A DNA stretch of 64,000 bases from an uncultured Acidobacteriota bacterium (GTDB lineage Bacteria; Acidobacteriota; UBA6911; RPQK01; JAPXNP01), in contig CAVZRV010000006.1 in NCBI GenBank assembly GCA_963777605.1, forward strand, positions 107,648 to 171,647. Direction: 5' to 3'. Below the pieces are notes generated by a model, which had not been told where the DNA came from, made no database searches, and saw only the letters and a program-made list of their open reading frames with translations. The stretch's first letter is position 1; each line of letters begins with the position of its first letter. A program made the position numbers and the translations under genes. Below, one piece after another: positions 51,134 to 60,241 of this stretch.

Positions 51134-51149
51134 GTCGGGTTACTTTACA
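51134..51149. promoter_or_regulatory. candidate upstream enhancer for a PrsR-type activator
   Basis: GTCGG-N5-TTTACA about 145 bp upstream of the sigma54 site; resembles the TTTACA-containing motif associated with PEP-CTERM genes (recalled, not searched). Confidence 0.55.
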
Positions 51150-51315
51150 CCTAAAGCCAACATGGCCCGCTGGTGATTCCTTCATAGGGCTCAAAGTTTC
51201 TGGAGCTAGTGTGCTTATAGCGATTCACAGCCTAATAGGATGAATTGTGAATTAACGAAGAATTTCGACGTAGGAGGACCAGAGTGTCCGTCAATGATTC
51301 CGGCCGGTTGCGTTT

Positions 51316-52346
51316 GTGGGGACGACGCCCCCTGGTCCAAGACCGGACCTTGATATCGGCGACGGGACCACCCTCACGCGGCAGGATCTCGTGAACTCCG
51401 TGAGCCAGGAGATCGGAAACAAGCTGAAACAGATTCAGGTGCTCATGAGCGTGATGTCCGGCGAGGCCCAAGGCGCGGTTCCGCCGGGACAGCTCGAGCA
51501 GTTCGGAGTGGAGTTGCAGGCGACGTTAGAGCGCATCGGCCAGCTTCGAGAACCGACTCCGAGCGAAGGTAAACCCCAGATCCAGGAACTCACCACGAAC
51601 CTGACCCTGAGCATCTTCGTTCTCTCGACGCTGACTGCCATCGCCGTGGCTTTCTACGTTTCGCGCTTCTTCAACCGCCGGCTCGGAAAGCTTCGGGAAG
51701 GGGCGTAAATCATCGGCTCCATGAATCTGGATCATCGGATCAAGGTGGACGGAAATGATGAGTTCGGGCAGATGGCCTCCGCGTTCAATTCGATGACGGA
51801 GGAACTCGATCTGGCTCGGGGTCGCCTGACCGACGCAGACCGCCAGCTCGCCTTGCGAAGCCGGGAAATTGCACAGGAAAAGATGCGTTCGGAGGAGTTA
51901 CTGCAGAATATCCTGCCCGATGAGGTAGCTCAAGAACTGCACCTCAAAGGCGCGGACGATCCAAAGAATTTCGAGGATGTGACGATTCTGTTCATCGATT
52001 TCGTTGGGTTATCCCATTCGACGCTGCGTCTCTCTGCTGAGGAATTGGTCGATAATCTCCACGATTACTTCACGGCGTTCGACCGGATCGTCTATCGATA
52101 TCAACTCGAGAAACTCAAGACGATCGGAGATTCCTACATGTGCGCCGGTGGGCTCCCCGTCAGAAACCCCGCCCACCCCGTCGAAGCGGTTTTGACGGGA
52201 TTTGAGTTCCTGGAGACGGTTCGTCTGAGAGACTGCCCGGAAAACTCTGCCCGGTGGGGGGTGCGCATCGGGATTCACACCGAACCGGTGATTGCTGGAG
52301 TGGTGGTATCCGCAAGTTCGCATTCGATGTGTGGGGAGAAACCGTG
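51316..52346 (+). pseudogene. HAMP + class III adenylate/guanylate cyclase, disrupted
   Basis: In-frame TAA at 51706 inside the HAMP domain; LLQNILPD, VTILFIDFVG, KLKTIGDSYM, RIGIHT; truncated right after DVWGETV. Confidence 0.85.
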
Positions 52347-52530
52347 TCGTGATGAGGCGGTGATCCGTGAATACATTCAGAACCAGGAAGCGGAGGACCG
52401 ACAACGGGATCAGCAGGAACTGTTCAATCAGTAGCCACCATCAGGTGGCGCAAGTTGCCGCGCAAGCGCCTCCGTCAAGACCGCTTTGAGCGGCTCACAA
52501 ATTCAAAAGCCCCCGGCTCTGCCGGGGAAT
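52346..52530 (+). mobile_element. tnpA: 3' remnant of an IS200/IS605-family element (tnpA C-terminus and end hairpin)
   Basis: RDEAVIREYIQNQEAEDRQRDQ-type C-terminus, then GCCACC..GGTGGC, CCGCT..AGCGG and CCCCGGC-TCT-GCCGGGG hairpins. Confidence 0.8.
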
Positions 52531-52551
52531 TCGGTTAGTGTCGCATGCTGA

Positions 52552-54048
52552 TCACGCGGCCCCTGGGATTACGGGTTCGGATTGGGCTCGCCCGCCGCTC
52601 CTGTCCACGGTGACCACCTGGTATTCGTGCCGACCCTCCATTGAGGCCTCCTCCCAGGCGAACGGCTCCTTCGAAATCTGGGGGGAGTGTTCCACATGGC
52701 CGACCGGTTCGCCATCTCGCAGGATCTCGTAGTGCTGAATCGGCTGATCCGCCGCATACGCAGTCTGCCACGTCACCCGGGCCACCGGAGTGGCCTGCCC
52801 CCGTTGATCGATCTCGGCACGAACCTCACGAGGTGCACCCAATCCCTCCTGTGCCAACTGGAACCAGTTGGTCTGCCCCGAACGCGCCTTCAGGGCCAGT
52901 TCCTCGATCTCCTGCCGATCCGTTTCGCTGAATGATTCCGCGGCAACCTGGGCAGCCGACAAATTCTGTTCGAGCTGGCAGTTTCGGCCATCGGAGTCGA
53001 TCCGGCCGATTCCGATGATCGCCGTCCCGATGCCCGGCGTGGTCAACGCGTATTCGGCGAGGGGCCGACTGGGCAGTTCCTCGGTCCCCACGAACTGGAC
53101 GACATCGTCAGGAGTCCGGGACCATCGCGGGTCCTTGGTATACATGGCTCCGTCGGCGAAGACCTTCATGGCGATCATTCCCACATTCCGGGCCTGGGCC
53201 ACCGGCATGGCGTTGTACTGGTGGCTCAGATAGCGCCGATCGTTCGCGTTGATGGCGATCAGCATCGTTTCGATGATCCCCTGCGTATCTCGTTGCAGGC
53301 ATTCCATCATGACCGGGGAGGAGATATGCCCGGTGATACCGATCTTGCGAATGAGCTGCTCCTCCTGGGGATTCAGGCCGGTTCGGTTGGTCCCGTCCCG
53401 ATAGTCGACCAGTGCGGCCAGTGCGCCGATGCTCTCCGCCTGGGGATCGGGATCCTCCAAGCCCAGGTAGATCGCATCCACCTCCTCCACAGTGTTGAGG
53501 TTGTGGATCTGAAAAAGATCGATATAGGCCCCCGGCGGATAGCCTCCCGATCCATCCCCGAAAATCTGGCTCAGCGACCGTTTGATGTCATCGACCACCC
53601 GCGATCCTTCCGGGCCCTCGGTGCGGTCGTTCACGCCCGAAGAGGAGCCTTTGGCGTGCCGGATCATGCTCTTCGAGGCCAGGTACAACGATCTTCGTCG
53701 TGCCTCGTCGTATTTCGGCCGCCCGGGGATCAAGTTCAGGGCTTCGAAGGCCTTACCGTAGTTCACCTGGCTCGGACCATAGACATTGGAGGTATCCAGG
53801 TAGTTCACCCCATGATCGACGGCCTTGACGATAATTGCCGCGGGATCGATACCCTGGGCGGTCCACTGCAGCGAAGCCTGTCCGCCCAGGCCCAGAGTGG
53901 TGACCTCCCAGCCCGTCCGTCCCAGGATTCGGGTCATCGGCTTGGCGACCTTGACATCGCCGCAACTGATGTAAGGGAACGCCAGTGTACCCGCGACCGC
54001 GGCAGTCGAAGTTTTCAGAAAACCCCGGCGATTCGGCTTCTTTAGCAT
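52552..54048 (-). CDS. Tat-exported aldo/keto reductase with C-terminal FN3-like domain
   Basis: NRRGFLK, RILGRTGWEVTTLGLGG, NYLDTSNVYG, IGITGH, IAMKVF; VTW..Y.I.RDG..YQVVTVDRSG. Confidence 0.9.
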   Translation of the reverse strand: MLKKPNRRGFLKTSTAAVAGTLAFPYISCGDVKVAKPMTRILGRTGWEVTTLGLGGQASLQWTAQGIDPAAIIVKAVDHGVNYLDTSNVYGPSQVNYGKAFEALNLIPGRPKYDEARRRSLYLASKSMIRHAKGSSSGVNDRTEGPEGSRVVDDIKRSLSQIFGDGSGGYPPGAYIDLFQIHNLNTVEEVDAIYLGLEDPDPQAESIGALAALVDYRDGTNRTGLNPQEEQLIRKIGITGHISSPVMMECLQRDTQGIIETMLIAINANDRRYLSHQYNAMPVAQARNVGMIAMKVFADGAMYTKDPRWSRTPDDVVQFVGTEELPSRPLAEYALTTPGIGTAIIGIGRIDSDGRNCQLEQNLSAAQVAAESFSETDRQEIEELALKARSGQTNWFQLAQEGLGAPREVRAEIDQRGQATPVARVTWQTAYAADQPIQHYEILRDGEPVGHVEHSPQISKEPFAWEEASMEGRHEYQVVTVDRSGGRAQSEPVIPGAA

Positions 54049-54372
54049 GTAAGTCTCCCTTCAAAACAACCCGACGGGATTCGAGTCCCGTCGCCGGCTC
54101 AACCAACTTAACCAATTTCAAGCTTGGTCGAGCCCAGTCGAGTTGTCAAGATCAGGAGCAGGTCCGACCCGGCTTCGCCCCCAGCGAAACCCTGGCAGTC
54201 TCCTCGTCCAGGGGGTGGAACAGGCGTCCTCTTTTTCCAGGTGGTAGCAAGGACTGGGCCCAGCCCGTGCCACTTCTTCCCCAACTCAAAATCTGGCACA
54301 CCCTGTAACCTCGGCAGAATTCTCCTTCAGGAAGCAGTGAACAGAATTTCAACGCGAGAAGGAGAATTCTCA

Positions 54373-55567
54373 ATGAACAGTGAGAAGACCAACCGCACTG
54401 CCCAAATCAAGATTCACTGGCTCGACAACCTGAGGACATTCGCCGTCTTCCTGGTGGTCGTTCTGCATGCCGGACTGGTCTACGAGAGCAGTGGAATCAC
54501 GGCTTTCTTCTGGATCGTCGACGATCCCTCGACCAATCATTTCTCCGGAATTCTGAATATCGTGCTGGATATCTTTGTCATGTCCACCATCTTCTTCGTC
54601 TCCGGATACTTCACTCCAGGCTCCATCGACAGACGGACCCCACGGGAATTTCTGAAATCAAAGTTCAAGCGGCTGATGATCCCCTGGGCAATTGGCATCC
54701 TGACGCTAATCCCTCTCTACAAAGTCCTCTTCCTCTACTCCCGCGGCCTTCCCCAGGAGCACTGGACGAACTACTTCCACTGGAACAGCATCTGGAATCA
54801 GAACTGGTTATGGTTTCTTCCGGTCCTGTTTCTTTTTCACGTGGCTTTTCTGCTGCTCTCCAGATTGCGGATCGATCTTTCCTGGCTCTCTCTCCGATCC
54901 GTTGTTTTCGACCGCCTCCTTCGTCGGATTGGGCTACTCCCTGGTGATGGACTGGTTCAACCTGCAGGGGTGGACGCAGACGTTCTTTCTGCAGTTTCAG
55001 AACGAACGGCTGCTGATCTACTTCCTGGTCTTCCTCGTGGGCGCATTCTGCTACCGGCAGCGTGTTTTCAATCACCTCCGAAGAGCGGATGGCCCTACTG
55101 GGCGGTCGCCTTCACGGCCGGAATTCCGATCGACCTCTACATCGTCATGGTCCTCTACCCATTCATCCGGCCAGGCACCAGCCTGATCTCCGGAAACAGT
55201 CGATTCCATCCTGGCTCATTGCTCCTTCATTGTTTCCCTGCTCTGTCTGCTCTATCTCAGCACCGAAACGTTTCGCCGATACGTGAACCAAAAGGGAGCC
55301 CTGGCCCGGACTCTGAGTCGCAACTCCTACTACGTGTACGTGATCCACACGGTCGTGATGGGAGTCTTTGCCATCGCTCTTCTTGGAACAGGCTTGCCCT
55401 CGCTGGCGAAGCAATTTCTGGTCGTGGTCCTGACCTACGCGTCAAGCAGCTCTTCTGGTCTCCGGCATCCGAGGGATCGACCGATCGAGAATGTGCGTTT
55501 CTACAATAGGCTACGACCCTACACCAGACGGACGGCGAATCGACCTCCCGACGGTCGGTGCCTTTGA
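54373..55567 (+). CDS. acyltransferase family 3 (MdoC/OpgC-like); several frameshifts
   Basis: WLDNLR..LVVVLH, FFVSGYF, KFKRLMIP, LWFLPVL, SYYVYVIH across several frames. Confidence 0.8.
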
Positions 55568-55600
55568 CCCACGGCGGCCTGGCAAGCTAGAGTGCCAATC

Positions 55601-56346
55601 ATGAAGGACATCCCGCCGCGCCGCTTTCATCACGACGCAATGGAGCCTGGTGAGTCAGGCCAAGGGCGACGATGCCGGCCGGGCCTGTGCCCGGTCGGCG
55701 CTCGAGGAATTGTGCCGCCTCTACTGGTATCCTCTCTATGCCTTCGTCCGAAGCGAGGGTCACTCGGCCGATCAGGCCCAGGACCTGACTCAGGCCTTCT
55801 TCGCCCGCATTCTCGAATCGGCAGGGCTGGCTATCCGCTGACCGCAGCAAGGGCCGCTTCCGTTCCTATCTACTCGGAGCGATGAAGCACTTCCTAGCCA
55901 ACGAATGGCACCGGGCAAGGACTCAGAAGCGGGGAGGGCAATTTGAATTTGTCGAATGGAACTCTGCCGACCTGGAAGCCCGGTACTCAGCCACGGCTCC
56001 AAGCATGAACAACCCGGATCGTGTTTTCGACCGCGAATGGGCCCTTGAAACCGTCGGGGCAGCTCTCCGATCGCTGCGTCTGGAAATGACCAAAGCCGGC
56101 AAGCGTGAGCTTTTCGAGACGCTCAAGGGAACTCTCACCGGGAGAGACGAACCGTCCCGCAAGGACATGGCCGCCCGACTCGGAATGAGTGAGGGTGCCA
56201 TCAAGGTTGCGGTGCACCGGCTGAGGCGAAGGTACACTGAACTCCTCCGTGCAGCCATCGCCGAGACGGTCGCTGACGAGGAGAGCCTGAGAGACGAAAT
56301 ACGTTACCTGATCGAGGTTCTGCGAGATCCTCAGCTTGGCTTGTAA
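55601..56346 (+). CDS. ECF sigma factor of the Ser/Thr-kinase-associated type; frameshifts near ~55625 and ~55837
   Basis: F.TTQWSLV, ALEELCRLYWYPLYAFVR, AQDLTQAFF, KGRFRSYLL, FDREWA, LGMSEGAIKVAVHRLRRRY. Confidence 0.9.
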
Positions 56347-56417
56347 CCACTGACTGGAAACTACGGTAGAACATGCATCCCTGCTTGTCGCCGTGATCGC
56401 AGCCACCCACCGGAGAC

Positions 56418-56560
56418 CGGGGGAGGAATCGGGCATCGAGAAGCGGGCATCGAGAATGGTTGTGGAATGAGGAAAACCGGGTGCTTCCAACGCGATCGCG
56501 ACCCATCTCTCTTAGGTGTGGGTTCATTCTGGCTTCCCGATTCCCGATTCCCGCTCCCGG
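56418..56560. repeat. inverted arrays of GGGAATC/GATTCCC-like heptamers
   Basis: GGAATCGGGCATCGAGAAGCGGGCATCGAGAATG ... CATTCTGGCTTCCCGATTCCCGATTCCCGCTCCCGG between the sigma and kinase genes. Confidence 0.55.
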
Positions 56561-56591
56561 GTCCGAAGCCGGAAAGAATGGAGACTCAGCT

Positions 56592-59354
56592 ATGACGATC
56601 CCGGCGACCGGTCAGTGCCTCCGTTGCGGGGCAGTGGTTCCGACCCACTCGACCGAGGATCTTTGTCCTGCATGCCTGCTCTCCGGTGCCCTCGAGGCAT
56701 CCGAGCAGGAAACCAGAGCTCTGGTGACAGCGCGTGGACCCGAATCTGCAAAGCGCGACCCTGCTGAGTTTCCGACTCGTCTGATGCCGGGAACCACGAC
56801 GGGGGCGGGGCCGGCAGTGGGCTCGATCACGTCCGGCGATGGGTCCGGAATCACCCGAAGTCAAGGGATTCCCGTCGCAATTCGGGGACTACCGCCTGTT
56901 GAGGTTGCTGGGCCAGGGGGGGATGGGCACCGTTTACGAAGCCGAACAGCTGTCCACGGGCCGCCGTATTGCCCTGAAGATGTTGGGGGATCAGATCGAC
57001 TCCCCGGAGATGAGGCAGCGATTCCTCCGGGAGGGTCGCCTGGCCGCAGGCGTCAACCATCCGAACAGCCTGTACGTCTTCGGCAGCGAGGAAATTGACG
57101 GAATTCCCGTCATCACCATGGAGATCGCTGGCAGCGGGACGCTTCAGAACCGCCTCGAGAAACGCGGGCCTCTTCCCGTCGCCGAAGCAGTGGACGCCAT
57201 TCTGGACGTCATCGCCGGCCTCGAATCCGCCTTTTCGAGAGGCGTGCTCCACCGAGACATCAAACCGTCGAACTGTTTCGACTATCCGGACGGGTCGGTC
57301 AAAGTCGGAGACTTCGGACTCTCGGTTTCCACCATGGTTGGGTCAGACACCTTTGTGACCGCCACTGGAACCGTCCTGGGAACGCCCGCCTACGCCTCCC
57401 CCGAGCAACTGCGGGGCGATGCGCTCGATCTGCGCTCCGATATCTACTCGGTCGGGGCGACCCTGTTCACTCTCCTCACCAACCGGGCCCCGTTCGAGGG
57501 AGACAACGCCATCCAGGTCGTGGCCAACGCGGTCAACAAGAAGCCGCGACCAGTGACCGAGTTCCGCCCCGAAATTCCCGGCGAACTCGCGCAGGTGATC
57601 GACCGCTGCCTGGCCAAAGAGCCCGCTGGGCGATTTCCCGACTATCCGTCCCTGCGCAATGCTTTGCTGCCCTTCAGTTCCCGGGAGCCGGAACCGGCTT
57701 CTGTGAAGACCAGGGTCCCGGCCGGATGGATCGACTACCTGATCGCCTTCCTGCCCCCTTACGTGACACTGATGCTTCTGGTCGGACCGGATGCTCTCTT
57801 GCAGCGGCCCGTTTATGAACGGAGTCTCTACGCGGCCCGGTATTATCTCCTTCTTTTCGGCCTGGGATTCCTGTACTTCAGCCTTTCTGAAGGGATCTGG
57901 GGCGCCGGGTTGGGGAAGAGGCTCAAGGGCCTCCAGGTCGTCCGGTCAGACGGACGACCTCCTGGCGTCGGCCGGGCCCTGTTGCGGATCCTGATCCCAA
58001 TCCTTTCCATTGAGTGCGTTCGCATGCCCCTCAGCATGGCAGTCATCCGCAGTCCCGAATTCACGCAGTCCCAGATCGTGATTTTCGTGGTTATCGCCAA
58101 CGTGTGCGCCTGGATTCCGGTGCTGTTGACGTTGACCGCACGTCGTGAGAACGGCTACGCGACCGTATGGGATCTGCTCTCCGGAACCAGGGTTGTGGTT
58201 CGGCCCCAAGGGAGTGTCCGCCCGACGATTCGACCCCGGCAACAGCCATCCTCACTGGAGGAGGATGGAGGAGATTTCGGACCCTACCAGAACATCCGGC
58301 AACTGGTTCCCGGAAAATGGATTCTCACCAGGGACCCGGCACTTCGACGCGACGTCTGGCTTCTGAAACGCGACTCGGACGGGGCTCTCGATTGGGCGAA
58401 GGGAAGTCGCCCGCCCAGGGCGGCTGCGATGGCTGCAGAAGCTCGAGACGGAGGAAGGGACCTGGGATGCCTTTGAAGCGACTCCGGGCACACCCTTCTC
58501 CCACCTGATCGAAGGCAGGGCGATCCCCTGGTCGAGTCTACGGCACTGGCTTCATGACCTTGCCTCAGAACTGTGGGGTGCCGGTAGAGACAAGACCCTC
58601 CCCCCGGAGTTGAGCCTGGACCATATCTGGATCACAGATCAGGGACGAGCGGTTCTCCTTGACCAGGCATGGCCCGAAGTCCCGAGTCCAGCCGCGCCCA
58701 TATGTGTCGAAGATCTGGCAGGCCGGCAACGTTTTTTGAACGCCGTCGCTTCCTGTGTCGACGCCACGGGGCTTCCCGTTCACGCACGTCCGGTTCTGTT
58801 GAACCTGAGAGAGGCGAAATTCGAGAAGCTCAGCTTTCTGACCGGTGTCCTCAGGGGCATGCTCGACAGACCCGCCGAAGTCAGCGGAGGTGTTCGAGCC
58901 GGCTCTATCTTCATGATGCCGGCCTATATCTGGGTGCTGGTTCTGGTCGGCCTGACTCAGGCTGACCCGAACTCGCATTGGAGTACTTCCTCTGCCGTGG
59001 TGGCACTATTGTCTATACTGCTGCTCCTGGCCGGGACGGCTGTCGTCCAGCTTCTGGAATTTCCGTTCCGCACAACCGTCGGTCTGACGATCTTTCGGCT
59101 GGCGGTAGTTGACGGGGACGGGAATCCGGCCAGGATCGGAAGACTGCTCCGGCGCTGGGCGATCATCTGGTTCCCGCTCTTCGTTCCGATCCTGCTGGTT
59201 GCACTGGTGGCCGGAGGTGAGGGAGAGCCCCGGAGCCGTCCTGGCGGCCGCGGCAATTCTCGCCCTGTGGGGCGCAGCCGCCGTCTATTCGGTGATCCAT
59301 CCACATCGTGGGCTGCACGATCGCCTGGCCGGCACCTGGGTCGTTCGCCATTGA
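56592..59354 (+). CDS. Ser/Thr protein kinase: Zn ribbon, kinase, RDD, degenerate kinase, RDD; frameshifts near ~56840, ~58385, ~59230
   Basis: CLRC..LCPAC; LGQGGMGTVY, ALK, HRDIKPSN, DFG, GTPAYASPE; RDD-like R..AGWID / GLGKRLKGLQVV / WDLLSGTRVV and LHDRLAGTWVV. Confidence 0.88.
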
Positions 59355-59396
59355 TTCCACCATGAAGCGACCTACAGACTTCAGACAAACACTCGG

Positions 59397-59510
59397 AACC
59401 TGGAGAAGCACACGATGCAAACTCTGCTCGGCCATTCCCGTCTGTTGACGACGGAACGCTTCTACGCGTTCCACTCGCACAGGCTGGCCGTTCAGCAAGT
59501 CTGCGTCTGA
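59397..59510 (+). pseudogene. C-terminal remnant of a tyrosine recombinase/integrase
   Basis: Reads MQTLLGHSRLLTTERFYA (box II LGH..TT..Y) and ends 135 bp from the tRNA fragment. Confidence 0.75.
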
Positions 59511-59582
59511 TCGAAGGGGCCAAGCAGAAGCGAGAAGAACAGAAAGAAGGAGCCGTATAATGGCCCTGCAGGACACAAACAG

Positions 59583-59612
59583 GAAAGGTGGGTTGGCCCA
59601 CCCTTTCTTTCT
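59583..59612. terminator. hairpin between the integrase remnant and the tRNA fragment
   Basis: GAAAGGTGGG-TTGG-CCCACCCTTTC followed by a T-rich tract. Confidence 0.55.
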
Positions 59613-59644
59613 CGCCGTGACTCCTTCCAATCCCACGTCGGTAA

Positions 59645-59689
59645 TGGTGGGCGGTACTGGGATCGAACCAGTGACCTCCGGTTTGTAAG
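59645..59689 (-). tRNA. 3' half of tRNA-Val(TAC); att-site duplication, not an intact gene
   Basis: Minus strand CTTACAAACCGGAGGTCACTGGTTCGATCCCAGTACCGCCCACCA (anticodon loop, T arm, acceptor 3' strand, CCA); no D arm or 5' acceptor strand upstream. Confidence 0.88.
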
Positions 59690-59710
59690 AACGGGCCCAA
59701 CCCTTTACGA

Positions 59711-59745
59711 AGTGATCCGATCGGGTCACTAACCACTACTAACCA
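59711..59745. repeat. palindrome plus arm-type direct repeats next to att
   Basis: AGTGATCCGA-TCGGGTCACT (one mismatch) and ACTAACCA at 59728 and 59738 (10-bp period). Confidence 0.65.
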
Positions 59746-59958
59746 GTCTAGCCGGGTCTTTCCTGTTTGGGTCCTAAGTCAAATTCTGCGTTCCCGTTAG
59801 GAAGCGCAGGAAACAAACAGGACAGCATGGTGATGAACGCACATTTCAACAAAGCCAACCTCGCCGGGCGGCTCCCTTCCGATTCGCCGTATCATTCTTT
59901 CCGATTTCGAATTCAGAACTCTGGGTTTCCCTCGCTCCCCACTCCTCTCCACGACTTG

Positions 59959-60080
59959 CCGTACCTTAAGGGAAAGCGGCCGTACTTCGGGGGAAGAACC
60001 GTACCTCAGGGGAAGGATCTCCGTACTTCAAGGGAAGAAATACCGTACTCCAAGGGAAGGATTTCCGTACTTCGAGGGAA
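59959..60080 (+). repeat. six 16-bp direct repeats CCGTACYYYRRGGGAA (iteron-like)
   Basis: Copies start at 59959, 59980, 59999, 60021, 60043 and 60065 (periods 21, 19, 22, 22, 22); an AT-rich tract follows at ~60105-60182. Confidence 0.9.
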
Positions 60081-60241
60081 GAGAATCCCTCTGAAACCCG
60101 CATCAAGATTGCGTTTGCGAAATACAAGATTTCTTCAAAACACTCTCAAAATATATTCAACAACAAACAGTCGTTGTTGTTCACCGGAACGGGATTCGGG
60201 CTCACCAAGGAGGAATGGAAGTTCACCGTGGAGATCTTGAA

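Noticed and set aside
51706-51708. In-frame stop in the cyclase as recoding
   Set aside because: It is TAA and the gene is also truncated by an IS remnant, consistent with a pseudogene.
55838-55840. TGA in the ECF sigma gene as possible Sec
   Set aside because: The protein continues in another frame (ADRSKGRFRSY), so it is a frameshift, and there is no Cys-type context.
59645-59730. Intact or intron-split tRNA-Val
   Set aside because: No 5' acceptor strand or D arm and no intron-like structure upstream; the context fits an att duplication.
59959-60080. Possible mini-CRISPR array
   Set aside because: Repeats are 16 bp with 3-6-bp linkers; there are no spacer-length unique sequences and no cas genes in the window.
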